64,000 nt of DNA from the NCBI GenBank assembly GCA_963775425.1, contig CAVZJB010000011.1:640001-704000 (forward strand), given 5' to 3'. A program made the translations under genes and the position numbers. Shown piece after piece: positions 30,687 through 47,498 of this stretch. This DNA comes from an uncultured delta proteobacterium. GTDB lineage: Bacteria; Myxococcota; UBA727; VGSZ01. The first letter of the stretch is position 1. Each line of letters begins with the position of its first letter. Under the pieces are notes generated by a model. It saw nothing but the letters and a program-made list of their open reading frames with translations, did no database searches and was not told where the DNA came from.

Positions 30687-30700
<14 letters not shown>
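29087..30700 (-). CDS. malQ: 4-alpha-glucanotransferase (GH77, divergent)
   Basis: [44 protein letters not shown]; last gene of the glycogen operon. Confidence 0.85.
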
Positions 30701-32591
<1,891 letters not shown>

Positions 32592-32644
32592 TCCGCTCCC
32601 TTCGCCTTCGCCTGCGTCACCGCCGGATCGGGCGGCTCCGCACT

Positions 32645-34638
32645 TCACAAGTAGTAGTCGAAGTCGCGCTCGCTGCGCACCTTGCGCAGCAGCCGAAAGA
32701 TCTGTGCGGGCGCCGTCTGCGGATCGATCTCCACGTAGTTGCGCGCGCCGCTCCACAGGTAGCGCCCGCCGCCGAGGAGGTCCCAGGCCTGAAGCGGCGC
32801 GTGCTCGTCGAGGCCAAGCAGCTCCGCCGGCAGATGAAGGAAGCCCGACTGCACGTGGTCGGGGTCGAGGTTCACGGCGACGAGCACGACGTTGTCACCG
32901 CTGTGCTTCACGTACGCGAGGAGCTGTTCATTGTCGGTGGGGACGAAGGAGAGCGTGTCGTCGCGTTGCAGCGCGGGGTTGTCGCGGCGGATCCTGTTGA
33001 TGCGTGCGACGACGTCGCGGATGGAGTGCGGCGCGTCCAGATCCCAGTGCTTGATCTCGTACTTCTCGGAGCGCGCGTACTCCTCGGCACCCGGCTCGCG
33101 CGGCGTCGACTCGCACAGCTCGAACGCAGGGCCGTAGATGCCGTAGGACGCGCCGAGCGTGGCGGCGAGCACGAGGCGCTGTACGAAGACCGCGCGCCCA
33201 CCCATCTGCAGGCGCTCGGGGAGGATGTCCGGTGTGTTGGGCCAGAGGTTCGGCCGGAAGTACTCGCGCACGGGTGGCCGCGTGACCTCCTCGAAATACG
33301 AGACGAGCTGCTCCTTGGTGTTGCGCCAGGGAAAGTAGTTGTAGCTCTGCGAGAAGCCGAGCTTGGCCAGGCGGTACAGGGGCTTCGGCCGGGTGAAGGC
33401 CTCGGCGAGGAAGAACACGTCGGGGTGCTCCTTCTTCACCTCGGCGATGAGCCACTGCCAGAACGCGAAGGGCTTGGTGTGCGGGTTGTCGACGCGGAAG
33501 ATGCGCACACCGCGGTCGACCCAGAGGAGCACCACGCGCAACAGCTCCTGCCACAGCGCCTGCCAGTCGTCGCCGTCGAGCTCGAGCGGGTAGATGTCCT
33601 GGTACTTCTTGGGCGGGTTCTCCGCGTACTGCACGGTGCCGTCCGGGCGCCGGCGGAACCACTGCGGGTGCTCCTTCACCCACGGGTGGTCCGGCGCGCA
33701 CTGGAAGGCGAGGTCGAGCGCGACCTCGAGGCCCAGGCCCTTGGCCGTCGCGAGGAGCGCGCGCAGATCGTCGACGGTGCCGAGCTGGGGGTGGACGGCG
33801 TCGTGGCCGCCCTCGGCGGCGCCGATGGCCCAGGGGCTGCCGACGTCGCCGGGCTCCGCCTTCTCTGCGTTGTCCTTGCCCTTGCGCGCGGTGACGCCGA
33901 TGGGGTGGATGGGCGGGAGGTACACGACGTCGAAGCCGAGCTCCTTGACGTACGGGAGGCGGGCGGCGCAGTCCTTGAGCGTGCCGTGGCCTCCGCTCGG
34001 CGACGTCGAGCGCGGGAACAGCTCGTACCACGAGGAAAAGCGCGCACGCACCCGCTCCACGTCGACACCGAGCTCGCGCGCATAGCGCACGACGCGCCGG
34101 GGATCGGGCCAGGCGCGCGCCGCCGCGAGCATCGCGTCGCTGATCTTGTCCGGGCTCTTCACGACATCGCGCGCGGCGAAGGACAACATCGCGGCGTCGG
34201 CGGAGGCGGCGGCGACGCCGTCGGGGGGCGCACCGGGCGTAGCGCCGTGCGCCGCGGCGCGGGCGGCGGCGCCCTCGAACAGGGCGGCGCCGATCTGGAG
34301 ATCGACGGTGACGTCCTGGCCGGCCGCGATCTTCTTGGCGAGGTCGCGGTGCCAGGTGCCCGCTTCGTCGATGAACGCCTCGACGGTGTACGCGTGCGGC
34401 GCGAGCGCGTCGACGGGAAACCACGCCGTGAACACGTCGTTGCCGCGGGGCTCCATCGCGATGCGCCACCACGCGCCGCCGGCGGCGCGGGCGAGGAGCG
34501 TCACGCACAGCGCGTCGTGGCCGTCGGCAAACACGTGGGCCTCGACGTCGACCCTCTCTCCCACCACGCGCTTGATCGGGAAGGCGCCGCAGTCGACCTC
34601 GGGGCGCACGGCGTCGATGATGACGCGCTGTGGGAGCG

Positions 34639-34642
<4 letters not shown>
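32645..34642 (-). CDS. glgE: Alpha-1,4-glucan:maltose-1-phosphate maltosyltransferase
   Basis: [60 protein letters not shown]. Confidence 0.97.
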
Positions 34643-37908
<3,266 letters not shown>

Positions 37909-38099
37909 TTCCGTCTCTTCTCCGACGAGCGGTGGGTCTGCCGCCGGCATGCGTGACGCCCGCTCTCGACCGGGCGTTTGCGATTCGGCTCCATAGTCTC
38001 TCGAGTATGGCGTCTACCGCTCGATCGTCAACTTTGGCGACGACGGCCCGCGGGGAGATTCTCCTCGTGCCCTCCGGTCATGCCGCAGTGCGTCTCTCC

Positions 38100-39725
<1,626 letters not shown>

Positions 39726-39764
39726 CGGTCGCGCGCGCTCCCGCCGGCGCTGTAACGTGCGCTC

Positions 39765-40586
39765 GTGTGGCGCATCTTCCTCGCCGCGGCGGCGGCGTCG
39801 CTGTCGCTCGGCGTCCTGGCTCACCCCGGCACCGAGCCCGTCGTCGCCGCGTTCGCGCTGGTCTGCGCGGCGTTGGCGGCGGCGCCGGTGTTGTCGCCGC
39901 GGGTGCCGCTCACGTTGAGCACCGGGGCCGCGCTGGTGGCCGGGCTCTGTCTCGGGCGTGCGGGCCCCATGACCGCCGCCGACTTGTTCCAGCCGCTGCA
40001 GGCACAGGTGCACGGGCAGGGGCCGCTCGTCTTCGCGCGCCTCGCCCTCGTCCTCGAGGCGGCGCTTTGCCTTCCCCGCGTCCCGCGTCGACGCCGCGCG
40101 CTGCTCGCCGCGCTCCTCGCGGCGGCGTTCGTGGCGTCGTGGGCGGCCGAGCTCGCGCTCGTCGCGCTCGCCCTCGCCGTCGTCGCGGTCGCGCTCCAGG
40201 CGCGCGCGCGCCCGGCGCCGCCGGCGTGGCCGCGGCCGCTCCTCGCCGGCGTCGTCGTCGCCGCCGCCGCCGCCGCCGTCGCCCTCGCCGCCCGCCCGCC
40301 GCCGCCGGCGCCGCCCGTCGATGCGCGCGGCGCCGCCCTCGCCTGGCTCGCGCGCGACAACCCCTGGCGCGCTTTGCCCGCGGCGCGCGCGTGGGCCGGC
40401 GCCGAGAAGACGCCGGGCGCCGGCACCGTGTGTCTCGCCCGCGTGGCCGCGCGCCTCGGGGACGGCGACGTCGCGCGCGGGCTCCTCGGCCGCGTGCTCA
40501 AAGACGGCTCCGACGCCGCCGCCCGCGAGGACGCCAAGCGGGTCCTCGCCACGCTCGTCGCCGCTCCCACGGGGAACCCGGAGTGA
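39765..40586 (+). CDS. Hypothetical integral membrane protein
   Basis: GTG preceded by TAACGT; multiple hydrophobic segments; GTGA overlap with the next gene. Confidence 0.65.
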   Translation: MWRIFLAAAAASLSLGVLAHPGTEPVVAAFALVCAALAAAPVLSPRVPLTLSTGAALVAGLCLGRAGPMTAADLFQPLQAQVHGQGPLVFARLALVLEAALCLPRVPRRRRALLAALLAAAFVASWAAELALVALALAVVAVALQARARPAPPAWPRPLLAGVVVAAAAAAVALAARPPPPAPPVDARGAALAWLARDNPWRALPAARAWAGAEKTPGAGTVCLARVAARLGDGDVARGLLGRVLKDGSDAAAREDAKRVLATLVAAPTGNPE

Positions 40587-42022
40587 GCGCCGCCGCCCCC
40601 AACGACGCCGAGCCTGGCCGCGTCTCTTCCTGGGCGCGCGGCGGAGGAGCGCCCTGGTGGGCGGCGCTCCTCGCGCTCACGTTCGTCGTGGCGTTGCGCC
40701 TCGCGTACATCAACGGCGACGGCCTGCTCTACATCGCCCACGGCCGCTTCATCCTCGACGGCGGCGCGCTGCCGGCGGTGGACCCGTTCAGCGAGATGTC
40801 GGTGCGAACGCCCCTGGTGCTCCACCTCCTGCTGCCGATGATCGGCTTCGCCGTCGTCGAGCGCGCCGGCGGGCTGTGCGCGCTCGTGCTCCTCGCCGCC
40901 GTCGCGGGCGTCGCCGTGCTCGCCGGGTTCCTCCTCCCCGCGCGCCGCTCGTTCGTCGCCACGCTCGCCGGCGCCGGCGTGCTCGCGTCGCTCCTCGGCG
41001 TCGACCACCAGTTCTTCGAGGCGCGCGCCCAGGTGCTCGCCTTCCTCCCGTTCGTCGCCTGGCTCGCCCTGTGCCGGCGCGCCCTCGACAGCGATCGCGC
41101 GCCGCTCTCCGCCGCGCACCTCGCCGCCGCGTTCGTCGTCGCGGCCCTCTGGGCAAACACCCATCCCTCGTTCCTGGTGGCGGTGGCGTTGCCGCTGTTG
41201 TTCGCGGGCGGCGTCGCGCTCGAGCCGCGGCCTGCGCGCGCGGCGTTGCGGCCCCTGCTGCTCCTGTCGGCGGTGGGGCTGTGCGCCTCGTGGGTATCGC
41301 CGTACGGCGGTCACCTCGACGCCGACGTCGTGCGCCTCCTCTTCGACGAGACCACGAGCCGCATCGAGCACATGCGCTCTCCCGGCGTCACGGCGGGCTG
41401 GCTCTTGTTCTTCGCGCTCACGGTGTCCATCGCCGTGGCGCGCGCGGTGACGGGCGAGCGGCGGCAGCGGCGGGTCGACCTCGTCGTCGCGTTCGTATGG
41501 ATCGCCATGACCCTCATCTCGCGGCGCTACGCAGCGTTCGTCGCTGCGTGGAGCATCGTGCTTCTGCCGAAGGTCCTCGCGGGTGTGCGGCTGCCGCCCA
41601 GGGTCGCGCGCGCGGCGGTGCTGGCGTCGGGTGTCGCCGCCGTTGTGGCCATCCCGCTCGTGCCGGCGCCGCTCGACGTCGACAGATCGCTCCCCGTCGC
41701 GGCTGCGTCCGTGCTCGACACGCTGCACCCGCCCCCGCGGCTCCTCAACGAGTTCGCCTGGGGCGGCTACCTGATGTATCGCTTCGGCACCCGCGCCGGC
41801 GTGTTCGTCGACGGGAGGAACAACCTCTACCACAATGGCGTCTTCGACGATTACCTGCACATGGCGTACGCCGGCCCTCGCCTCGACGAGCTCCTCGACA
41901 CCTACGACATCCGGACGGTGTTCTGGACCGCCGGCTGGCGGCTCGATCGTGCGCTCGCTTCGCGCCCTGCGTGGCGCCAGGTGTACCGGGACGAGAAAGC
42001 CGTGATCTATGTCCGGCGCTGA
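40583..42022 (+). CDS. Polytopic membrane protein, probable GT-C-fold glycosyltransferase
   Basis: D..YIAHGRFIL..PAVDPFS, LWANTHPSF, LLNEFAWGGYLMY..VFVDGRNNLY, WRQVYRD motifs; many TMs. Confidence 0.7.
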   Translation: MSAAAPNDAEPGRVSSWARGGGAPWWAALLALTFVVALRLAYINGDGLLYIAHGRFILDGGALPAVDPFSEMSVRTPLVLHLLLPMIGFAVVERAGGLCALVLLAAVAGVAVLAGFLLPARRSFVATLAGAGVLASLLGVDHQFFEARAQVLAFLPFVAWLALCRRALDSDRAPLSAAHLAAAFVVAALWANTHPSFLVAVALPLLFAGGVALEPRPARAALRPLLLLSAVGLCASWVSPYGGHLDADVVRLLFDETTSRIEHMRSPGVTAGWLLFFALTVSIAVARAVTGERRQRRVDLVVAFVWIAMTLISRRYAAFVAAWSIVLLPKVLAGVRLPPRVARAAVLASGVAAVVAIPLVPAPLDVDRSLPVAAASVLDTLHPPPRLLNEFAWGGYLMYRFGTRAGVFVDGRNNLYHNGVFDDYLHMAYAGPRLDELLDTYDIRTVFWTAGWRLDRALASRPAWRQVYRDEKAVIYVRR

Positions 42023-42965
42023 TGAGGCGCTGCCCCACGCCCCGGTGTCCGGCGACGGCGCGCAGAGCTGCCCGGTGTGCGGCGCGCCGACGCGCGCGCG
42101 CTTCTCCCTCGACGAACGAGAGGTGCTCGTCTGCACGGCGTGTGGGCACGGCGTGCTCTCTCCGCCGCCGAGCGACGAGGAGCTCGCGTCGAGCTACGCC
42201 ACCGCCTACGGCGTGGAGGGCGAGAAGTTCCGCTTGCCGGTCGAGAGCGTGGTCACGGCGCTGGCGCGGCGCGCGGCGCGCGAGCTCGCGGCGGGCTTGC
42301 CGCCGGAGTGCCGGCGGGTCCTCGACGTCGGGTGCGGGCGCGGCCTCGTGCTGAACGCGCTCGCCGAGGAGGGCGTCGCGTGCACCGGCGTCGAGCGCGA
42401 GCGCGACGCGGCCATGGGCATCGACCCGCGCGTGGAGCTCGTCGTCGTAGATGACCTCGTGGACGCCAAGCTCCCGGCCGCGTCGTTCGGCGCGGTGATG
42501 TTCCGTCACGTGCTCGAGCACCTGCGCGCGCCGGCGGCCGCGCTGCGGGAGGCGCGGCGCCTGCTTCACCCGAGGGGGCGGCTCTACGCGGAGGTGCCCG
42601 ACTTCGGCAGCACCCAGGCGCGCGTGCTCGGGCGCTTCTGGTTCCACCTCGATCCTCCGCGCCACCTGCACCAGTTCACGCGCGCGAGCGTGACGCGCAT
42701 GATCGAAGACGCGGGCTTCGTCGTCGAGGACGTCCACGTCGGTGGGCCGCTGCACGACGTCATGGGGTGGCTGCAGAGCGGCTTGAACGCGGCGGGGCGT
42801 CCGTCCATGGCGCTCTACGACGGGTTGCACGCGGGCGCGCGGCTGGCGCTGCGCGACATCGCCGGCACCGCGCTCCTCGGCCCCGGGGCGCTCGCCCTCG
42901 GCTTGCTCGAGCGCGCCACCGGGGGCGGCGCCGCGGTGGCGGTGCGCGCGCGCCCGGGTCCCTGA
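42009..42965 (+). CDS. Class I SAM-dependent methyltransferase with an N-terminal CxxC..CxxC
   Basis: CPVC..CTAC, VLDVGCGRG, HVLEHL, EVPD, PPRHLHQF. Confidence 0.9.
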   Translation: MSGADEALPHAPVSGDGAQSCPVCGAPTRARFSLDEREVLVCTACGHGVLSPPPSDEELASSYATAYGVEGEKFRLPVESVVTALARRAARELAAGLPPECRRVLDVGCGRGLVLNALAEEGVACTGVERERDAAMGIDPRVELVVVDDLVDAKLPAASFGAVMFRHVLEHLRAPAAALREARRLLHPRGRLYAEVPDFGSTQARVLGRFWFHLDPPRHLHQFTRASVTRMIEDAGFVVEDVHVGGPLHDVMGWLQSGLNAAGRPSMALYDGLHAGARLALRDIAGTALLGPGALALGLLERATGGGAAVAVRARPGP

Positions 42966-42968
42966 GCG

Positions 42969-45900
42969 CTACTCGGCGGGCGTGCTCACGACCTTCTTGC
43001 GCAAAGCGAGGCGGTCGATCCACGTGTACGCCACGGGTACGACGACGAGGGTCAGCATCGTCGACGTGATCACACCGCCGATGACCGCCACCGCCATGGG
43101 ACCGTTGAATTCCGAGCCCTCCGCCGACGACATCGCAGTCGGCAGCTCACCGAGGACGATGGCCGCGGACGTCATCAAGATCGGACGCAGGCGCGTGGGG
43201 CCGGCCTCGAGGATCGCCTCGGTCATGCCCTTCCCCTGCGCGCGCAGTTGGTTGGTGAGGTCGACGAGGAGAATGCCGTTCTTCGTGACGAGCCCCATCA
43301 ACAGGATGATGCCGATCATCGCGGGCATGCCGATGGACAACCCCGTCAAGAACAGCCCGAGCAGCGCGCCGATCACCGCCAGCGGCAACGCCAGCATGAT
43401 GGTGAACGGATGCACGAAGCTCTCGAACTGCGACGCGAGCACGAAATAGATGAACAGGATGGCCAACGCCAACGCGACGAGCATGTTGGTGAAGGTGTCC
43501 TTCATGTTCTGGGCGTCGCCCTCGAGCTTGTAGCCGTAGCCGGGCTTGAGGAGGGCGTCGATCTTGGGCGTGATCTCGCCGAGCGCCTCACCCAAGGAGC
43601 GGTTGTCGAGGTTGGCGGTGACGGAGATGGAGCGCTGGCGGTTGTTGTGCTCCACCACCGCCGGCGACGCCGACTCCTCCACGCGCACGATCTCGTCGAG
43701 ATGGATGAGCCCGTTACGCCCGGGGACGAGGATGCGCCCGAGGTCCGCCACGGTGGCACGGTCCTCCTCTCGAAGCCGGACGCGGACGTCGATGTCGTCA
43801 CCGCGGTCGGGCATGGTGGCCACGACGTCACCCTCCACCGCGGTGCGCAAGGCGGTGGCCGCCACCGCGAAGGGGACGCCCTTGTCCGCCGCCTTGGTGC
43901 GGTCGACGACGAAGCGCTGCTCGGGCGGCCCGGGCCGCACCGAGATGCCGACGTCGACGACGCCCTTGGTGTCGCGCACGATCTCGTAGACCTGCTCCGC
44001 GGTGCGTTGCAGCTCGGTGAAGTCGGGGCCGGTGACGAGGAGCGAGATGGTCGCGGGAACGCCGTTGTTGGCGAGGTCGGGGATGCGCAGCGTGACCTTG
44101 GCGCCCGGCAGGTGCGACAGCTTCTCGCGCGCCTCCGCCATGATGGTGTCGATGTCCCGCTCGCGCTCGCCCTTGCGCGAGCACACGAGCTGGACCGCGG
44201 CCTTGGAGACGTCGCGATCGACGCCGACGCGGGTGAAGCGGGTGGGGCACTCGGGGATGCCCTTCAGGAGATCCTCGGCCTGCGTGGCCACCCGCGAGGT
44301 CTCTTCGAGCGCGGTGCCCGGCTGCAGCTCGATGACGGCTTCGAACTTGCCCTGATCACCGCGCTTGAAGAACTCGGTGCCCATGAACTTGAGGAGGCCG
44401 CAACTGCCGAAGAGCATGGCGAGCGCGAGCCCCACGACGGTCTTTTTGTGGCGGAGCGCGAAGTGAAGGATGAAGCGGTAGAAGTCGTCGAGCCACTCGA
44501 AGAAGCGCGTGGGCGGCCCGTAGAACCAGTGCGTGCGCATCTTGGTGTGGCGATCGGGATCGATGCGCTGCGCGACGCGCGCGGACAGCATGGGATCCAC
44601 GGTGAGCGACACCCCGAGCGAGACGAGGACGGCGGCGGCGACGGTGAGGCCGAACTGCTGGAAGAACTTGCCGACGAGGCCGCCCATGAACGCGATGGGG
44701 ATGAACACGGCCACGATGGTCATGGTGGTGGCGAGCACGGCCAGGCCGATCTCGCTCACGCCCTTTCTCGCCGCGGTGAGCGGATCTTCCCCCCGTTCCA
44801 GGTGTCGGAAAATGTTCTCTCGGACCACCACGCTGTCGTCGATGAGCAGGCCGATGGAGAGCGTGAGCGCCAGCATGGTCATGATGTTGAGCGAGAAGCC
44901 GAGGCGCCACACGACGAAGAAGGTGCCGACCACGCTCAACGGCAACGACACCGCGGAGATGAGGGTGGAGCGCACGTCGAGCATGAAGAAGAAGATGACG
45001 ACGATGGCGAGCAGGCCGCCGAGCACGAGGTGCTCGCGCAGGCGGTGGATGTTGTTCTCGATGAAGTGCGCCTGGTCCGCGATGAGCGTGAACTCGGTGT
45101 CCTTCGGGAGGCGCGCCTCGAGCTTCTTGACCGCGTCCTGGACGCCTTTGGTGACGGCGACCGTGTTGCTGCCCGACTGTTTCATCACCGTGAAGGTGAC
45201 GGCGTCCTTGCCGTTCACGCGCGCGAGCTCGCGAACCTCTTTGACGGAGTCGACCACCTGGCCGACATCCGCGACGCGGATCTGCGTGCCGTTGGGCATG
45301 GCGAACAGCACCGTGCGCGCGACCTCGTCGGGGGACTTGAAGCGCCCCGCCGCCTTCAGCGACAGCTCGCGTCCGCCCTGCGTGATGCGGCCGCCGGGCA
45401 GGTCGAAGCTCTCGGCGCGGAGCGCCTGCGCGACCTGCGTGACGGTGAGGCCGAGCGCCTGCAGCTTGGTCTGGTTGAGGTCGACGTGGATCTCGCGCTC
45501 CGTGCCGCCGTGGATGTCGATGCTGCCGGCGCCGGGCACCGTCTCGAGCGCGGGCGCGATGGTGTCCTCGACGAGCCGGCGGGTCTCGGTGGCGGACTGG
45601 TCGGAGCGCACCGTGTAGATCAAGACCGGCTGCGCGGACGGGTCGAGCTTGGAGATCTGCGGATCGTCGGCGTCCTTGGGCAGCGTGTTCTTCACCGCCT
45701 GCACCTTGTCGCGCACGTCGCTGGACGCGCGCAGCAGGTCGACGTCGAGCTTGAAGAGGACGACCACCACGGATACCGACTCGCGCGAGTAGCTGCGGAT
45801 GGTGTCGATGCCGTTGATGGTGGAGAGCGCCTCCTCGATGGGCTTGGTGACCTGCTCCTCGATCTCCGTGGGCGAAGCGCCCGGGTAGACGGTGGAGATG

Positions 45901-46037
45901 GAGACGACGGGGAAGCTCACGTCCGGGAAGAGATCGACGCCGAGGCGGAACAAGGCGAGCGCGCCGAGCGTGAGCACGGCGAGCGCGACCATGGTGGTGA
46001 ACACCGGGCGATCGATGGCGACGTGGGAGACCTTCAT
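42969..46037 (-). CDS. RND efflux permease (AcrB/AcrD/AcrF family)
   Basis: IDRPVF, VYPGASP, proton-relay motifs GLLIDDSVVVREN, LVTKNGILL, RLRPILMT. Confidence 0.96.
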   Translation of the reverse strand: MKVSHVAIDRPVFTTMVALAVLTLGALALFRLGVDLFPDVSFPVVSISTVYPGASPTEIEEQVTKPIEEALSTINGIDTIRSYSRESVSVVVVLFKLDVDLLRASSDVRDKVQAVKNTLPKDADDPQISKLDPSAQPVLIYTVRSDQSATETRRLVEDTIAPALETVPGAGSIDIHGGTEREIHVDLNQTKLQALGLTVTQVAQALRAESFDLPGGRITQGGRELSLKAAGRFKSPDEVARTVLFAMPNGTQIRVADVGQVVDSVKEVRELARVNGKDAVTFTVMKQSGSNTVAVTKGVQDAVKKLEARLPKDTEFTLIADQAHFIENNIHRLREHLVLGGLLAIVVIFFFMLDVRSTLISAVSLPLSVVGTFFVVWRLGFSLNIMTMLALTLSIGLLIDDSVVVRENIFRHLERGEDPLTAARKGVSEIGLAVLATTMTIVAVFIPIAFMGGLVGKFFQQFGLTVAAAVLVSLGVSLTVDPMLSARVAQRIDPDRHTKMRTHWFYGPPTRFFEWLDDFYRFILHFALRHKKTVVGLALAMLFGSCGLLKFMGTEFFKRGDQGKFEAVIELQPGTALEETSRVATQAEDLLKGIPECPTRFTRVGVDRDVSKAAVQLVCSRKGERERDIDTIMAEAREKLSHLPGAKVTLRIPDLANNGVPATISLLVTGPDFTELQRTAEQVYEIVRDTKGVVDVGISVRPGPPEQRFVVDRTKAADKGVPFAVAATALRTAVEGDVVATMPDRGDDIDVRVRLREEDRATVADLGRILVPGRNGLIHLDEIVRVEESASPAVVEHNNRQRSISVTANLDNRSLGEALGEITPKIDALLKPGYGYKLEGDAQNMKDTFTNMLVALALAILFIYFVLASQFESFVHPFTIMLALPLAVIGALLGLFLTGLSIGMPAMIGIILLMGLVTKNGILLVDLTNQLRAQGKGMTEAILEAGPTRLRPILMTSAAIVLGELPTAMSSAEGSEFNGPMAVAVIGGVITSTMLTLVVVPVAYTWIDRLALRKKVVSTPAE

Positions 46038-47497
46038 GGCGTCCTCGCACAGAGGGAAGCGGGGCCGGCGTCGACGATGACGCTGACGCCCGGAGGGAGC
46101 TCGAAAGAGCGCAGCGCCCGGCTGAGCGCGGCGGCCGAAGGGGCCGGCGGCGCTCGATCGCGCGCGCCGGTGTCGTCCGCGTCGCCGGCGCCCGCGGCGC
46201 ACAGCGCAACGGCAGGGGCGCGCCCGCTGCGGAGGAGCGCGGCGGGCGTGGCGGCGAGGCGCTCGGTGGCGACGCTCGCGAGCGGCACGGCGGCGCCGGT
46301 GCTCGCCGTGACGAAGACCTGCCGGCCGAGCGGCGCGTGCACGTCGACGGGCTGGCTCACCCGAACGGGGACGGCGGCGCCGCCCTCGTCGACGTGGGTG
46401 ACGACCTCGCCGGTGAGGGCGAAGCGCACGGCGTCGGCGACGGCGGCGGCGGAGACGCCGAGGCTCGCGGCGACGCCGCGATCGACCTCGACGCTCGCCC
46501 GGGGCTCCGTTCGCGCGCCACGCATCGTGTACGTGGCGCCGTGGAGGGCCGGGGAGGAGGCGGCGCGGCGCGCGACCTCCTCGAGCGCGTCGTGGTCGGG
46601 GCCGGTGAAGACGACGGCGACCGGCGCGCTGTCGTCGACCGGCACGCGCGCGAGCGTCACGGAGGGCGATATGACGGCGCCGAGCTTTTCGAGCACGGCC
46701 TTTTGCACCGCCGCGGTCGACGCGCCCCCCTGCTTCACCACCTCGAGGACGACCGCCCCCGGGGCGGGCCGCGCCCGGGCGTCGTCGATGCTGTCCTCGG
46801 CGATGCTGTCCTCGGCGATGCTGTCCTCGGCGATCGTGGCGACGTCGGAGACGTGCACCTGGGGCGCGCGCACGACCTCGACCGCGGCGAGGTCGAGGAT
46901 GCTCCGGGCGGGCACGTCGCGCAGCACGTCCGCGACCGCCGCGGCGCTCACGTGCATCGCCCGCGCGCGCTGCCCGTCGACGCGCACCTCGACCTCGCGA
47001 TGCGCGCCGTTGTACACGGCGACACGCGCGACGCCCGGGACGGTTTCGAGCGCAGGGACGACGCTCTCCTCGACGACGCGCGTGGTCTCCACCCGCGCGA
47101 GCGACGGCGAGGTCACCGCGAAGCGAAGCACCGCCGCCTCGCCGGGTGACGCGACCGTCACCAGAGGCGCGACAGCGTCCGCCGGCAGCCGCGGGGCGAT
47201 AGACGAGACGGCACGGCGCACGCCATTGGCGGCATGAAGGAGGCTCGCCCGGGGCGCGACGACGCCGACCACCACGGCGCGTCCCTCCTGCGAGGTCGCG
47301 TGCGTGGACGCGATGCCTGCGGCCGTGGCGACCGCGTCCTCGACCACGGTGGTGACGTCGTGGTCGACGACGGCGGCCGCGGCCCCCGGCCACTCGACGA
47401 CGACGGTCACGGCGCCGGCCGGGTGCGCAGACTTGCACCCGGCGGCAGCCAGCGCTCCCGCGGCGAGCACGAGGGTGGCCGCGCGGGGGGCGGACAC
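46034..47497 (-). CDS. Lipoprotein made of AcrB-like periplasmic subdomains only (no TM helices)
   Basis: LAAAGC lipobox; VEWPGA..VTTVVEDAV, LPADA..P, PALETVPG..REVEVRVD, VVKQGGAST, FTGPD, VDRGVAASLGV segments parallel the neighbouring RND. Confidence 0.75.
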   Translation of the reverse strand: MSAPRAATLVLAAGALAAAGCKSAHPAGAVTVVVEWPGAAAAVVDHDVTTVVEDAVATAAGIASTHATSQEGRAVVVGVVAPRASLLHAANGVRRAVSSIAPRLPADAVAPLVTVASPGEAAVLRFAVTSPSLARVETTRVVEESVVPALETVPGVARVAVYNGAHREVEVRVDGQRARAMHVSAAAVADVLRDVPARSILDLAAVEVVRAPQVHVSDVATIAEDSIAEDSIAEDSIDDARARPAPGAVVLEVVKQGGASTAAVQKAVLEKLGAVISPSVTLARVPVDDSAPVAVVFTGPDHDALEEVARRAASSPALHGATYTMRGARTEPRASVEVDRGVAASLGVSAAAVADAVRFALTGEVVTHVDEGGAAVPVRVSQPVDVHAPLGRQVFVTASTGAAVPLASVATERLAATPAALLRSGRAPAVALCAAGAGDADDTGARDRAPPAPSAAALSRALRSFELPPGVSVIVDAGPASLCARTP

Positions 47498-47498
47498 G

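Noticed and set aside
46786-46835. 15-bp x3 tandem repeat (IAEDS) in the headpiece lipoprotein
   Set aside because: It is an in-frame slippage expansion in a loop and minor by itself, though it hints at relaxed constraint on that gene.
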